Source: Felis catus (Eukaryota). From it: 64,000 nt of DNA. The DNA is taken from positions 153,576,001-153,640,000 of the forward strand of contig NC_058368.1 in the NCBI RefSeq assembly GCF_018350175.1, given 5' to 3'. The translations under genes and the position numbers were made by a program. Position 1 is the first letter of the stretch. Each line of letters opens with the position of its first letter. Under the pieces are notes generated by a model. It ran no database searches. It was not told the DNA's origin and saw only the letters and a program-made list of their open reading frames with translations. Positions 13,736 through 26,330 of the stretch are shown here, piece by piece.

Positions 13736-14005
13736 CAAAAACCTATATATTTTTAAATTTTCCTGGAATTTTCTTCTTTGTCTGTGGGTTATTTAGAAGT
13801 GTGTTGCTTAACTTCCAAATATTTAGGGATTAGTTCTTATAAATTTCTGTTACTGATTTTTAGCTTAATTATACTATAATTGTAGTAGTTTTCTATGGAA
13901 GCTATGGAATAAATTATAGTAAACTTAATGGCTGAAAACATTACAAATTTATTATACTTCAGTTCAGTAGTTGAGGATTATGAAGTGGTTTCCCTGGGTT
14001 AAAAT

Positions 14006-14436
14006 AGATGGATGAATGGATAAAGATAATGTAATATATATATCATGGACTATTATTCAGCCATAAAAAAGAATTAAATCTTGCCATTTGTAATGACCTG
14101 GTTGGAGCTAGGGAGTATAATGCTAAGCAAAGTAAGTGAGTCAAAGACAAATACCATATGATTTCACTTATATGTGAAATTTAGGAAACAAAACAAATGA
14201 GCAAAAGAAAAAGAGAGACAAACCAAGAAACAGACTCTTAGCTGTAGAGAACAAACAGAAGGTAAGAAGGTAGGGGGATGGGTGAAATAGGTGATTGGGA
14301 GTAAGGTGGTGGTGAGCCCTGACTGGGTGTTGTTTGGAACTATTGAATAACTCTATTGTATACCTAAAAGTAATATTACACTGTATGTTAACTATACTAG
14401 AATTAAAATGAAAACTTAATTAAAAAAGTAAAAAAA
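14006..14436 (+). mobile_element. 5'-truncated carnivore L1 3' end
   Basis: gatgaatggataaag...tcagccataaaaaagaa...aaataccatatgatttcactta...; A-rich tail. Confidence 0.92.
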
Positions 14437-14523
14437 GTCCCCAATCCATTTATATATTGTAATGAAAGATGTTACTTGAAGGAGGGTTTATACACAGTAT
14501 AGTTTGAAGCATTAAGCATATGA

Positions 14524-14526
14524 TTT

Positions 14527-14559
<33 letters not shown>

Positions 14560-16510
14560 CTTTTCTACAACTTGAATATTTATTGAACAGATACTAACAC
14601 ACGGGGTACTTGTGGGTGCATCAGTAAAGATCACATTGTTAAAAAGCCTGCATTTTTACCAGTGCACAGCTGCAACACTGCATAAATGCTACAGGTGCAG
14701 AGTACTGTTTTCTTGCTGTATTTACACAGCTGATCTACCTATTCTAACAAAGAAGGATGTGGAGGAAAACGCACAAGAAACTCAGGCCAGTAAGGGAGCA
14801 AGAAGAGAATGAAGAAGTGCAGTGTGTGCATCACCAGTGTTAATAGTCAGAAGCAGAACAGTACAGAACAAAGCTTGCTCTCTCAGAAGAAGAGCTACAA
14901 GACAGTTAAATAAAAATTAAGGTGGGCTTTCAGACTGGCTCATACAACAACAATCCATGAGTAGATGGTATTGTCTGATTATATCTTTCTTTATCCATTT
15001 CACTGGGAGCTGGGACAGAAATGTTAATTCTACACCTTCCTTCCTTCCTTATTAAAATTGGTAAAAAAGAGCACTCTACCTTTTAAAAAATTTTATAAAG
15101 ACATTTTTCCAACTTAATTTTTGGGAAAGGTGTAATTTTCATACTCCTACTCAGATGCCAGGTTTTTTTTTTGTGTGTGTGTTTTTTGGATTTTTTTGAA
15201 GAGGACATTTATTTTAAAAGTTTGCCCCCCCCCCAAATATCATTTCAAACAAAAGAACCAAAAGAGACCCCTAAAAATGCCTGTAAAATTATTGTTTTTC
15301 TTTCTCTAAGCTAGACAGATGAGGCTCCCAAAAAGAAGTAAGTAAATAAGAGTTTTGTGTTTGCTCCCGCTCCAGTGACTGTGTGTCCATGAGCGCCAGC
15401 CAAGAGATGTAAGTCTCTTACTCTCTCTGGTAGCATTTGTCCGACCTACAACACTGAAGAAGAAAGCCGCACTGAGGACACAAGGAAACAAGTCAATCCA
15501 GTCTAGAGAACAACATTCAGGCAGAGTACCAACACCTTCATAGAACATGGAAATAAAAAGTAACTCCATCAGAGCTACCTCGCCAAGAAGCATGTTGAAA
15601 GTCCAAAATAATACCGTTCATCAGTGCCTCAGGTCCTGTGGTAGCATCTTGACCACTTACCACAAGGAAACAACGAGTTTCAAACTAGTTCTACACATCA
15701 AAAAAAAAATGGATAAAATATAGAGATATACAGACAACTGATGAACATAAACTACTAGGGTTGTTACATCCAAATTGAAAAAAAAAATTGGGGACTCTCA
15801 GCCTCTGCAAGAAGCAGAGTGAGCTTCAGGAGCTGTGTGAGTGGAAAAGCAGGAGTGGACGTGTGGGTGAGAGCAGAGGGAGTCTGAGTTGTGCAAGACA
15901 CCATCGTCGAGAGCCAGGCCTGAAGGCCCACCCTTAAGGGTTGTAAATGTCGATTCACAGTGTGAAATTATGAGTATTTTCACTTGAGTCAAGATGATTA
16001 AAAGCTGGTTGGATGACACCCATTTTTTTCCACTGCAAATTCTCTAAAGCAAGGCTCAGAGTCTCATAGTTTCTTATACTTGATGATTTACACAGAAAAA
16101 ATTCCCATATACGATATCATGATCTCATCAATACCAACACACCGATACAAATGGAGGTGTTATGATTAAAAAGATTAGAGGTGACCGATGCCTGGGGAGT
16201 GGAGTTCATTGCTGCCAAGAGGAGCCAGGGAGGCAGCGTCCATCTCTTCATCCTTTGCGGTTCACCTCCTTTGGGATAGGAAGTCTTTCCACAGGAAGCT
16301 TTCCCTCCATTTCCTTGTCTGACCCAGACAGACAGCTCTGGGTAATAAGCCATTCTGAGAGTTGTAACAGTCTTGGCTTTGCACCCTCTGTCTCTTCAGT
16401 CCAGGGAGACCAACAGACAAAAGTTCACTCTCTCCTCTCTACACCTGAAACACAAATGTGGATGAAGAAGGGCATCATGCTAGAAAAGACATCTGGGGTG
16501 GAGGAGGGAG
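14524..16510 (-). pseudogene. NREP: Processed pseudogene of NREP (P311, neuronal regeneration related protein): 5' UTR, broken CDS, long 3' UTR, poly(A)
   Basis: CDS remnant 16353..16166 reads MAYYPELSVWVRQ/KEMEGKLPVERLPIPKEVNRK/DEEMDAASLAPLGSNELHSPGIGHL*SF*, versus recalled NREP MVYYPELFVWVSQEPFPNKDMEGRLPKGRLPVPKEVNRKKNDETNAASLTPLGSSELRSPRISYLHFF. Intronless, two frameshifts, premature stop; AATAAA 14579-14584; decayed tail 14524-14564; 10/13 TSD match. Confidence 0.93.
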
Positions 16511-16560
16511 GTACATGACTTTTCCCATATGTTTCTACACATAAGATTAAAAACACTTAC

Positions 16561-16727
16561 ATCTTAATGAAAGAAGATGTTACTTGAAGGATGGCTTATA
16601 CACAGTGTAGTTTCAAGGATTTAAGCTCATGGCTTATCCAGTTTGCTTCTATACATAAATTTACCAGCACTTATATCTTAATGAAAGGAAATGTTACTGG
16701 GAAGATGCATTACACACACTGTTGTTT
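16561..16727. repeat. Diverged ~114-bp tandem repeat (copies near 14455, 16561, 16675)
   Basis: Recurrent aatgaaag(aa)gatgttact-g-agg...tacacac/agt; the first unit is split by the NREP retrocopy. Confidence 0.8.
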
Positions 16728-17903
16728 AAAAAAAAAATCACGATGACAGTGAAGCTGCATTTTTTTCTGGAGCCTGTGGGGGAGGGGGGAATCCATTTCC
16801 TTGATCTTTCTAGCTTTTAGAGGCTGCCCATAATCCTTGGCTCATGGGCCTCTTCCTTCATCTTCAGAGTCGGCAATGTTGTGTGGAGCCTTAATGTTGC
16901 TATCTTTCTTCTCCCTCTTCTGTCTTCTTCCACTTTAAAGGAACTTGTAGATAACATTAGGTTCATCTGAAAAATCCAGAATTCCAACTGTATTTTAAGG
17001 TCACTAAATTAGCAGTCTTAATTTCACTGGTGACCCTAATTCCTACTTTCCATGTAACTTAGTATATTTACAGGCTTCAGGGATTAGTATACATCTTTAT
17101 GGGCCCATCATTTTGCCTGCCACATTCAGAAAACATATGTCATGTGATATCAATTGTTAAAAATTTTTGAGATTTGTTTTATGCCCAGAAATATGGTGGT
17201 TCTTGTTGAATGCTACATGTGTACTTGAAAAGAATATGGTTTCTCTTGTCCTGAGATGGAATGTCAATTAGGTCAAGTAGAATATATCCTTAACTGATTT
17301 TTCTGTCTACTTATTAATTACCAAGAGAGGAGTGTTGAAATTCCCAATTAAAATTGAGAATTTTCTATTTCTACTTTTAGTTCTATCAGTTTTTGCTTCA
17401 TATACTTTGAAGCTCCAGCTTTAGGTACATACATGTTTAGGGTTATATTCTCTTGGTGAATTAACTTCTTTTGTCATTATGAAATAGTCTTCTTTATATC
17501 TGGTAATATGTCTTGTTCTGAAAACCACTTTGTCTGAAAAATAATATAGGTCCTGTAGCTTTCCTATGATTCATTTCAATTCTATTATCTGTGTCATTAT
17601 TTTTAAAGTGGATTTCTTGTATGGAGTATATAGTTGGTTTTTCCTTTTTTAAATATATAGTTTGACAACTCTGCCTTTTAATTTAGGCTTTTAGGCCATT
17701 TGTATTTAATAGAATTTTCTATATGCTCACATTGAAATGTATTATCTTACTAATTTTCAAAGTAGACTTATTTTTTTTACTTAAATTCAAGTTAAATAAC
17801 ATACAGTGTGGTCTTGGCTTCAGGAGTAGGACCCAGTGATTCATCTCTGACATATGAAACCCAGTGCTCATCCCGAAAAGTGCCCTCCTTAATTCCCATC
17901 ACG

Positions 17904-18202
17904 TTTGGGGATAATGGTATGCGTGTGTAAGTTTATCAATTGTAATAAACAAAGCACTCTGGTATGAGATGTTGATAGTGAGGGAGGTTGGGGCAGAGAT
18001 GCAGGGGTAGGTAGTTTCTGCTCCATTTTGTTGTGAATGTAAAACTGCTCAAAAAAAGTAAGTCAACTTTGGCAGTAAAATGGAGCCGAAACTACTACCC
18101 CTGCATCTCTGTCGCAGCCTCCCTCACTGTCAACATCCCACACCAGAGTTGTGTGTTTATTACAATCGATAAACTTACACACGCATACCATTATCACCCA
18201 AA
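17904..18202. repeat. Inverted repeat with ~125-bp arms (17904-18029 / 18077-18202)
   Basis: tttggggataatggtatgcgtgtgtaagtttatc...ctccatttt is the reverse complement of aaaatggag...gataaacttacacacgcataccattatcacccaaa. Confidence 0.95.
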
Positions 18203-19009
18203 TTCCACTGTATATACCAGGGGTCACTCCCAGTGCTACACAGTCTCTGGGTTTTGACGAATGTGCAATGACACATATACACTATTACAGTGTACTCTAG
18301 AATAGTTTTACTACCCTAAAAATCCTCTTTTCTCTGTTCATTCACTTTTTCCTCTCTCCCAACCCTTGGTATAACACTGATACCCTCATCATCTCTTTTT
18401 ATCAGAATGTTAAATAGTTGTAATCATACAGTAAGTAGCCTTTTCACTTAGTAAAATGTACTTATGATTCCTCCATGTCATTTCATGACTTGTTCACTCT
18501 TTTTTTTTTTTTTTTTTTTTTACTGCTGAATAAGATTCTTTTGGATATGCCACAGTTTACTTATCTGTTCATCTACTGAAGGCCATCGTTATTGCTTCCA
18601 AGTTTGGGCAGTTATGAATAAAGCTACTATAAGCATCAGTATGCAGGTTTTTGTGTGGTCATGTTTTTAGCTCTTTTGGCTAAAAACCAACATACATGAT
18701 GGTTGGATCATATGGTGAGAGTATGTTTAGTTTTGTAAGAACTGCCAAACCATCTTCCAAAGGGACTATGCAATTTTGCATTTTCACCAGCCGTGAGTGA
18801 GAATTCTTGTTACTCCAGAGCATGGCTGGCGTTTGGTGTTGTCAGTGTTCTGGATTTTGGCCTTTCTAATAGATGTGCACTGATATCTTGTTGTTTCAGT
18901 TTGTATTTCTCTGATGACATATAATGTGGAGCATCTTTTCGTATGTTTATTATTTACATATCTTCCTTAGTAAGATGTCTGTTCAGGTCTAGAATCTATT
19001 TCTCGTTGA

Positions 19010-19229
19010 GTTAAAAATTTTTTTTTTTTTAACATTTATTATTGAGAGACAGACAGACAGCATGAGCAGGGGAGGGGCAGAGAGAGGGGGAGACACAGAA
19101 TCTGAAGCAGGCTCCAGGCTCTGAGCTGTCAGCACACAGCCCGACATGGAGCTTGAACTCACAAACCACGAGATCATGACCTGAGAGGAAGTCGAACGCT
19201 TTACCGACTGAGCCACCCAGGCACCCCAC
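19010..19229 (-). mobile_element. SINEC inserted in L1
   Basis: Reverse-complement SINE; gttgagtt on both flanks. Confidence 0.94.
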
Positions 19230-21738
19230 TTGTTGTTGAGTTTTAAGAGTTCTTCCTATATTTTGGATAACAGTCCTTCATCAGGCATGTCTTTTGCAAA
19301 TATTTTCTCCCAGTTTGTAACCTGTCTTCCTGTTCTCTTGGCAGTGTCTTTTGCGGAGCCAAAGTTTTAAAATTTAATGAAGTCCAGCTTATTATTTCCT
19401 TCAAGGGTTGTGCCTTTAATGTTATATTTAATGTCATTGCCATGTATTTAAAAAGTCATTAGGTTTTCTGCTGTTTTCCTCAGTAGTTTTATAGTTTTGT
19501 GTTTGCATTTAGGTCTATGATCCATTTTGAGTCAATTTTTGTGGAAGGTGTAGGGGCTATTTTTAATATATTCTTCTATGTTTTCTTTTTTCTACACTCT
19601 TTTAACTCAATATTATTATTTAATTTTATCTATATTATTGGTTTATAAACTATATGTCTCTGTTTCATCTTAGTGGTTATTCTAGGGTTTAAAAAATAAA
19701 TCTTTAATGTATCTTGGAGTGCCCTCAAATAATATTATACCTCTTTTCAGTGAAAGAATGTTATAACAAGATATCTTCATTTGTTCTTCTTTACTTTGTG
19801 CAATTTTTTCATATATTTTGGTTTGATGTGTTTTATAAACTTTGTGATAAGTTATTTTTTTCTCTCAAGAGTTAATATTTTTAAGGAGATTAAAAAGGCA
19901 AGAAAAATTGTTTTTATATGTGCCTATATAGTCACAGATCTGGTGCTCTTTATTCCTCTGTAATTCCATATTTTCATCAAGTATCCCTTTCCATCTTTCT
20001 GAAGAGCTTCCTTCAAGCATTCTTGCAGCCCAGATCTAATGGCAATTGATTCTCTCAACTTTTGTTTGTTTGAAAGTCTTCATTAATTTCTCTTCATTTT
20101 GGAAGATAGTGTCACTGGGTATAGAATTCTAGTTTTCTTTCAGTATTTAAAATATGTTACTCTCTTTTCTTCTGGCTTGGAAAGTTTCTAATGAGAAATA
20201 GGCTTAATTATTGTTTTTGTTCCTCTGTTGGTCGTGTTCTTTCCCCTACCCCCCAAATGCTTTTAAAATCATCTCTTTATCACAGGTTTTTAGAAATTAA
20301 ATTATGGTGTGCCTTGTTATATATTTCTTTCTGTTTGTTATTTTGGGCTACACTGACACTCTTTGACTTGCTTTTATAATTTTTGTTAAATTTAGAAAAT
20401 GTGTGGCCACTGTTTCTTTAAATCTTTTCTGTCTTTTCTCTTCTTTGTGAGACTGTGATTACAAATTATTTGCCATTGTCCCACAAGTCGTGAGCTCAGT
20501 GTTTCTTTGCTATGTTTTCCTTTGTGTGCTTTATATGTAATAGTTTTTCTTGCTATGTCTTCAGGTTCACAGATCTTTTCTCCTGCAGTCTATAATATAT
20601 TAATCTCATCTGGTATAGTTTTTATTTTGGACACTTCATTTATTTTTCTTTTGTTTAATTTTGATAGTATCTTTTATGTCTCCTCATTATGCTCATGTTT
20701 TCCTCTATATTCTTTTTTTTCTTTTTTTAAAGTGTGGTTGACATACAATAGTATATTAATTTCAGGTATACAACATTTATATGCATTATGAAATGACCAC
20801 CACCATATATATAACTTCCATGTGTCACCATATAATGTTGTTACATATTATTAACCATATTCCCAATACTGTATATTGTATCCCTGGCTTATTTATTTTA
20901 TAACTGGAAATTTGTACCTTTAATATCCTTCTCCTATTTCACCCATTTCATCCCTTCCCTCCCTCTGGCAACCACCAGATTGTTCAATGTATTTATGAGT
21001 CTATTTCTGTTTAATTTCATTTATTCCTTTGTTTTGTTTTTAGATTCTACCTATAAATAAAATCATATGGTTTTTGTCTTTCTCTGCCCGACTTATTTCA
21101 CTTAACATAATATACTCTAGAGCCATCCATATTGTTGCAAATGGCAAGATTTCATTCTTTTTTAATGGATGAGTAATGTTCCATTGTATACATATGTGTA
21201 ATCACACCTTTTTTATCCATTTATGTATCAGTAGACACTTAAGTTGCTTCCATATTTTGGCTTTTGTAAATAATGCTTCAATAAACATAGAGGTGCTTCT
21301 ATCTTTTTAATTAGTATCATTTTTTAAAATTGTTTTCAATTACATCCACATTAGCATATAGTGTGACAATGATTTCAGGAGTAGATAGCTTAATTCCCCT
21401 TACCCATTTAGCCCATCCCCCCTCCCACAACCCCTCCAGTAACCCTCTGTTTGTTCTTCATATTTAAGTCTCTTCTGTTTCCCCCACCCCGTTTTTATAT
21501 TATTTTTGCTTCCCTTATGTTCATCTGTTTTGTATCTTAAAGCCCTCATATGAGTGAAGTGATATGGTATTTGTCTTTCTCTGACTGACTGATTTTGCCT
21601 AGCATAATACCCTCTAGTTCTGTCCACGTAGTTGCAAATGGTTAATTAGTATTTGTATACTTTGGATAAATACCCAGCAGTGGAATTGTTGGATCCCATG
21701 GTAGTTCTGTTTTTTAACTTTTAAAGGATCTTCCAGTA

Positions 21739-21905
21739 GTGCCTGGGTGGCTCATTTTGTTAAGTATCCAACTTCGGCTCAGGTCATTTCACAGTTAGTA
21801 AGTTTGAGAACCGCATTGGGCTCTCTGCTGTCAGCACAGAGCCTGCTTTGGATTTTCTCTCTCTCTCTCTTTCTCTTTGAAAATAAATAAATAAACTTAA
21901 CAAAA
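21739..21905 (+). mobile_element. Diverged SINEC in L1
   Basis: gtgcctgggtggctca head, CT tract, aataaataaataaac. Confidence 0.88.
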
Positions 21906-24900
21906 GGGAGGGGGCATCCATACTGTTTTCCGTCGTGGTTGAACCAGTTTACATTCCCACCAATAGTGCACAAGTGTTTCATTTTTTCCAAATCTTCAGC
22001 AACACTTGTTTTTTTCTTACTTTTTTTTTTAAATACTAGCCATTCTGACAGGTATGAGATAATATCTAATTGTGTTTTGATGTGCTTTTAAAGACAAATA
22101 CCATTTTAATTTTCCTGTTGATTAGTAATGTTGAGCATCTTTTTGCGTTTCTGTTAGCCATCTCTATGTATTCTTCTTTGGAGAAAGGTCTTTTCAGATC
22201 CTCTGCCTATTTTTTAGTTGGTTTGTTTGTTTTTTGATAATGAGTTGTGTGAGTTCTTTATGTATTTTGGAATATTAACCCCTTATCAGTTACATCATTT
22301 GCAAATATCTTCTCTCATTTAGTAGGTTGCCCTTTCCATTTTGCTGATGGTTTCCTTCACTGTGCAAAAGCTTTTTTGTTTGATATAGCCCCATTTGTTT
22401 ATTTCTCTATATTCTTCAGCACTTGAGGGTACTTATAACGCTATTTTAATATCTTTGTTAATTTTATTATCTTTTTTATTTCTGGATCTGATTGTACTGA
22501 TTTTTCTCCTGATTCTGAGTCATATTTTCTAGCTACTGTATATAACTGATAATTTTGATTTGGTGCCAGACAGTCACCCTCCTCTCTTCTTATGGTTTTT
22601 TTTTTTTTTTTTGCTACATTCTTTTTAGTGTTGGATTAAAAAAATGTCATGCAGTTAAATTTTGGGGGATTAGTTTGATTCATTTGAAGTTTGCTTTTAT
22701 GCTTTGTTAGTGAGGATCCAGGACATCGTTTAGTGTAGGGCTAATTGAGTTATATTTCTAGGAGATATACTTCTGAGGATTTTAATTCATTTCACTAAGA
22801 ATTAGGAGGCCTTTTCACTCTGACTGATGGGAACACAAACTTTGCACAGCTCTGTGCAATCTCTGAGAATTATCTACTCTTCTGGGGTTGAGGTGGGGTG
22901 GAGATTCGGCCCTATTACTTTATCATGGTCAGGAGTAGAGGTCCTATAGGATATTCTTGAATTCTGAATTCATTTTCTTCAATGGGTATAATGCTATTGA
23001 GATTTTTTATTTGTTTTGTCAGTTTATGTAAGTTTTTTCAAAGAATCAGTTCATTTCCTCTAAGTGATCACATTTATTTGCATATGATTGTTCATAATAT
23101 CTCATTATTCTTTAATCTCACTAGGATCTGTAATACCTCATCTTTAATTCCAAGTATTGATGAATGTGGGGCCCAGAATGCCTAGAGAATTTTTAGTTCT
23201 CCTCCTCCGTCATGGTCTCAGACTTCTGCAGGTCCTGTACACCTGTGCCTCAGTGAGGTGGGTCTCGCTCATCTCTTCTGCTTTTCTCTTAATATTCCTC
23301 GTGAACAAATTTCTTCAGTTTTATTAAGAAATAATTGACACACCTGACAGTGTAAGTTCAAGGCATAAAGTATGATGGTGTAATTTACATATGTTGCTAA
23401 ACAGTTACCCCAATAGGTTCAGCTAACATCCATCATCTCATATGGATAAAATGAAGAGCAAGAAAAAAAGGAACAAGAAAACAATTTTTTCTCTTGCATT
23501 GAGAACTCTTAGCATTTACTCACAGCAACTTGCCAGTATATCATGCAGCAGTGTTAGCTACAGTCATCATGTTGTAGGTTACATCCTTTGTATTTCTTCA
23601 TCTTATAACTGTAAGTTATCCACCCCCCCCACACTTATAACCAACAATCTGATTTATTTCCCTATGATTTTTTAAAAGATTCCATTCATAAATGAGGTTA
23701 TACAGTATTTGTCTTTTTCTGACTTATTTCACTTAACATAACGCCTTCAGGGCCCATCCATGTTGTTGAAAATGGTAATATTTCTCATTTTTTGTAGCTA
23801 ATATTCCATTGTAGATATGCACCACATTTTCTTTACCCATTGATATTTTGCTGGACACTTAGATTGTTTTTATGTCTTGGCTATTGTAAATAATGCTGCA
23901 ATGAATATGGGGTGCTGGTATCTTCTCAAGCTTGCATTTATCCCCAGATGGGACTCCTGAACATTTGATGAAGGCCTGTGGAAAAGGTGCAGATTCTTTT
24001 TGTTTAGTTCTCCCAGGGGTTCTAAAGTCTCATGCCATCCCCTAATTGGTATTTAAAGTTTAGTTAAAATTGTAGGTGTTTTCTTCTTACCTGTGTCCAA
24101 GGTGGCTTCTTTCTACTCTCATGTCTGTACCAAAGACACAAGCAGCCAATAAGTTCAGCATCTTCTGGATTATGGTTTATTGGGTTTCTTTGCATTCTCA
24201 GCACACTAATGGATGTAAAACCATCTGTGATTTTATAGGTAATCTGCTTTGTTATTGTTAGGATGTAAGTGATATTCTCTCTAGTTTCTGCATTTTCTTT
24301 GCCCGTGTTGAAGGTTGCTGCTAGTAGAGACAAATGCTGGCACTGAGGAAAAAGAGCAGGGATGATTGGAACGGTTCTGCCCTAGGGGCTACTTCTCACT
24401 GCCAATTGCAACAGTGAATCAAGGTCTCCCTGTTTCAACTGCTTACCTGTTGTTGTATCTGGAGGCTTTTACAGAGCTCTCTGTCCTGTGCCCTATAACC
24501 TGCTATTTTAATAATTTTATTTTCTGCTTAGAGTTGGTTTTTCCTGCCTATAATTAAGTACCTTGATGACATGAGTTTAAAAATAAATGAATGGGTTTAA
24601 AAATAAATGAATGTGACACTGAATATATTTACCTATGCTACTTCAGCTGTGTTTATGTTTTGTCCTTCATTTCCTTGTGTATTACTAAAAATTAATATTC
24701 AAGTGAGGTGTTTTTCTCCCTCACCTTGTAGCTTATATGTAAGAATGACAATGGCAGTTATTTAAGATATCTCGATGTTTATACTATGATAACTTCATAT
24801 TCATAATGTTGTAACGAGGCTTTAGGTCACTTTTTATGGGGTGAATTTATTCCAGTCTTATACCCTGCAAATGTAGCATTTTCTTGAGGGATTCCCAAAT

Positions 24901-24961
24901 GTCACTTGCTTACCTCCTGCACTTCTTCTAAACTGACAAATCATTGAAAACCTAATTGTTT

Positions 24962-24993
24962 TCTTTTTTGAAAAAGTTTATTTATTTACTTAT

Positions 24994-25030
<37 letters not shown>

Positions 25031-25188
25031 CAGGCAGAGGCAGAGAGAGGGAGAGGCTGAATCCCAAGCAGGCTCTGCGCTGTCAGCACCAAGCCTGACG
25101 CAATGCTTGATCTCATAACCATGAGATCATGACCTGAGCTGAAATCAAGAGACGGACGCTTAACTGACTGAGCCACCCAGGTTCCCTG
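24962..25188 (-). mobile_element. SINEC
   Basis: Reverse-complement SINE with long (AG)n; degenerate TSD aaac-taatt-ttttct. Confidence 0.93.
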
Positions 25189-25879
25189 AAACTTAATTAT
25201 TTTCTTAGTGTTGGATTTTAGTCAATAAAGAAAAAATAAGGTTGGTTCATGAAGTTTATAAAACCTATACATTTCCTTTTATTCTTCATCTTGACTAATT
25301 GAATTCTTATGCAATGAATTAGTCACTCAAACCAGTTATTCATGACTCTTGCCTCATCATCCAAATTCAATTGTCATGAAGTCCTATCTTGGGGATATGT
25401 CACCTCCACCCCATCACCTCTCCATGCCACTATCCTAGACTAAGCCTGCATGGTTTCTCATTTTACTTTTATTGGCTGCAACAGAAGGCTGCTACATGAG
25501 TTTGTAGATTTCAAAAAGACTGTCATTACTGATATTTCCTTTGGTTCAGCTTTGCATTACAAAGAAGGCAATTTTCAAAAGTTAAGTGAAAAGAGCATAC
25601 ATGAATATCAGCAGCCATTGGTACAAAACCACTTTTAGCTTTAGCTATCATTTATAAAGAGAGTAGTCTAGAGGAATAGCATGTTTTAATAGGCAACTCA
25701 GATTTTCAGAAAGCTGTTGACAATAGGCTATTCCCAGACAAAGGCAGGATTAGGAATGGGATTCCTGAAGCATAGACTGTCTGGGACCCTAGAAACCGGG
25801 AAGACTGACTTGGACTTGGGAGGAAGTTCTCCATTGTGACTTTGAACATGCTGGTGTAACTCCGTTAATACAAGCAGGA

Positions 25880-26330
25880 GCGAAATATGTGCCAGATTAT
25901 TTTTCCTTCACTTTTCCAGAACCGCTCTCTACCACTCTCTTCTCTGCTTTGTGCCCCATAGGTACAAAGAAACTTTAGTTCTGCATCCTTGGATTTCTTA
26001 GACTTAAGCTTCTTGGTTGGATATGGCCAATAAGAGGTATTGCAAAAAATCAAAGGTGACAGCTCAGTGAGGTCAGGGTATTGCTTCATCAGGCTTGGCC
26101 CTGCCACATTGCCAATGTATTGGCCGTTTCTCTCCTAAGGCTCCTGTCCTGCCTCTTTGGTCATAGGAGTGGTTGCAGCCCCAAATTAGCAGCCCCAAGG
26201 CACCTCGGTGGTTTCTTTTACTCCTACCTAGACTTTCTAAATAGTTCTTCCCTTCAGTTACTTCATCCTCTGTGTTCTGCTGGGACTGTGGCTATGCAGG
26301 TGATACTCAAAATATTCAATAACCTGTAGA
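25880..26330. mobile_element. Possible ancient ERVL LTR (LTR33-like)
   Basis: ctctcttctctgctttgtgcccc...cttcttggttggatatggccaat...gtgaggtcagggtatt resembles the LTR33 consensus. Confidence 0.45.

Larger units (their letters stand above)
13881..17124 (-). mobile_element. MLT1D/E-like MaLR LTR split into 13881-14005 and ~16734-17124
   Basis: Left part tgtagtagttttc...ctgggttaaaat continues as aaaatcacgatgacagtgaagctgcatt...gcctgccaca; old antisense L1 sequence lies on both outer sides. Confidence 0.75.
17125..24300 (-). mobile_element. Cluster of nested antisense L1 fragments (old L1M/L1MC plus younger carnivore L1 3' ends)
   Basis: Repeated antisense L1 motifs (gacttatttcacttaacata, gttgcaaatggcaagatttc, ccattttgagtcaatttttgt); a younger insert at ~21320-21642 has TSD ttaattagtat. 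Confidence 0.88.

Noticed and set aside
16117..16353. 78-aa ORF as a functional NREP retrogene
   Set aside because: Only the first 13 codons are in the NREP frame; frameshifts and a premature stop follow.
14450..16727. Repeats as a CRISPR-like array or as LTRs flanking the retrocopy
   Set aside because: Mammalian DNA; units are long, diverged and tandem, with no spacers or TG..CA termini.
24576..24613. 20-bp tandem duplication tttaaaaataaatgaatg
   Set aside because: Ordinary slippage duplication.
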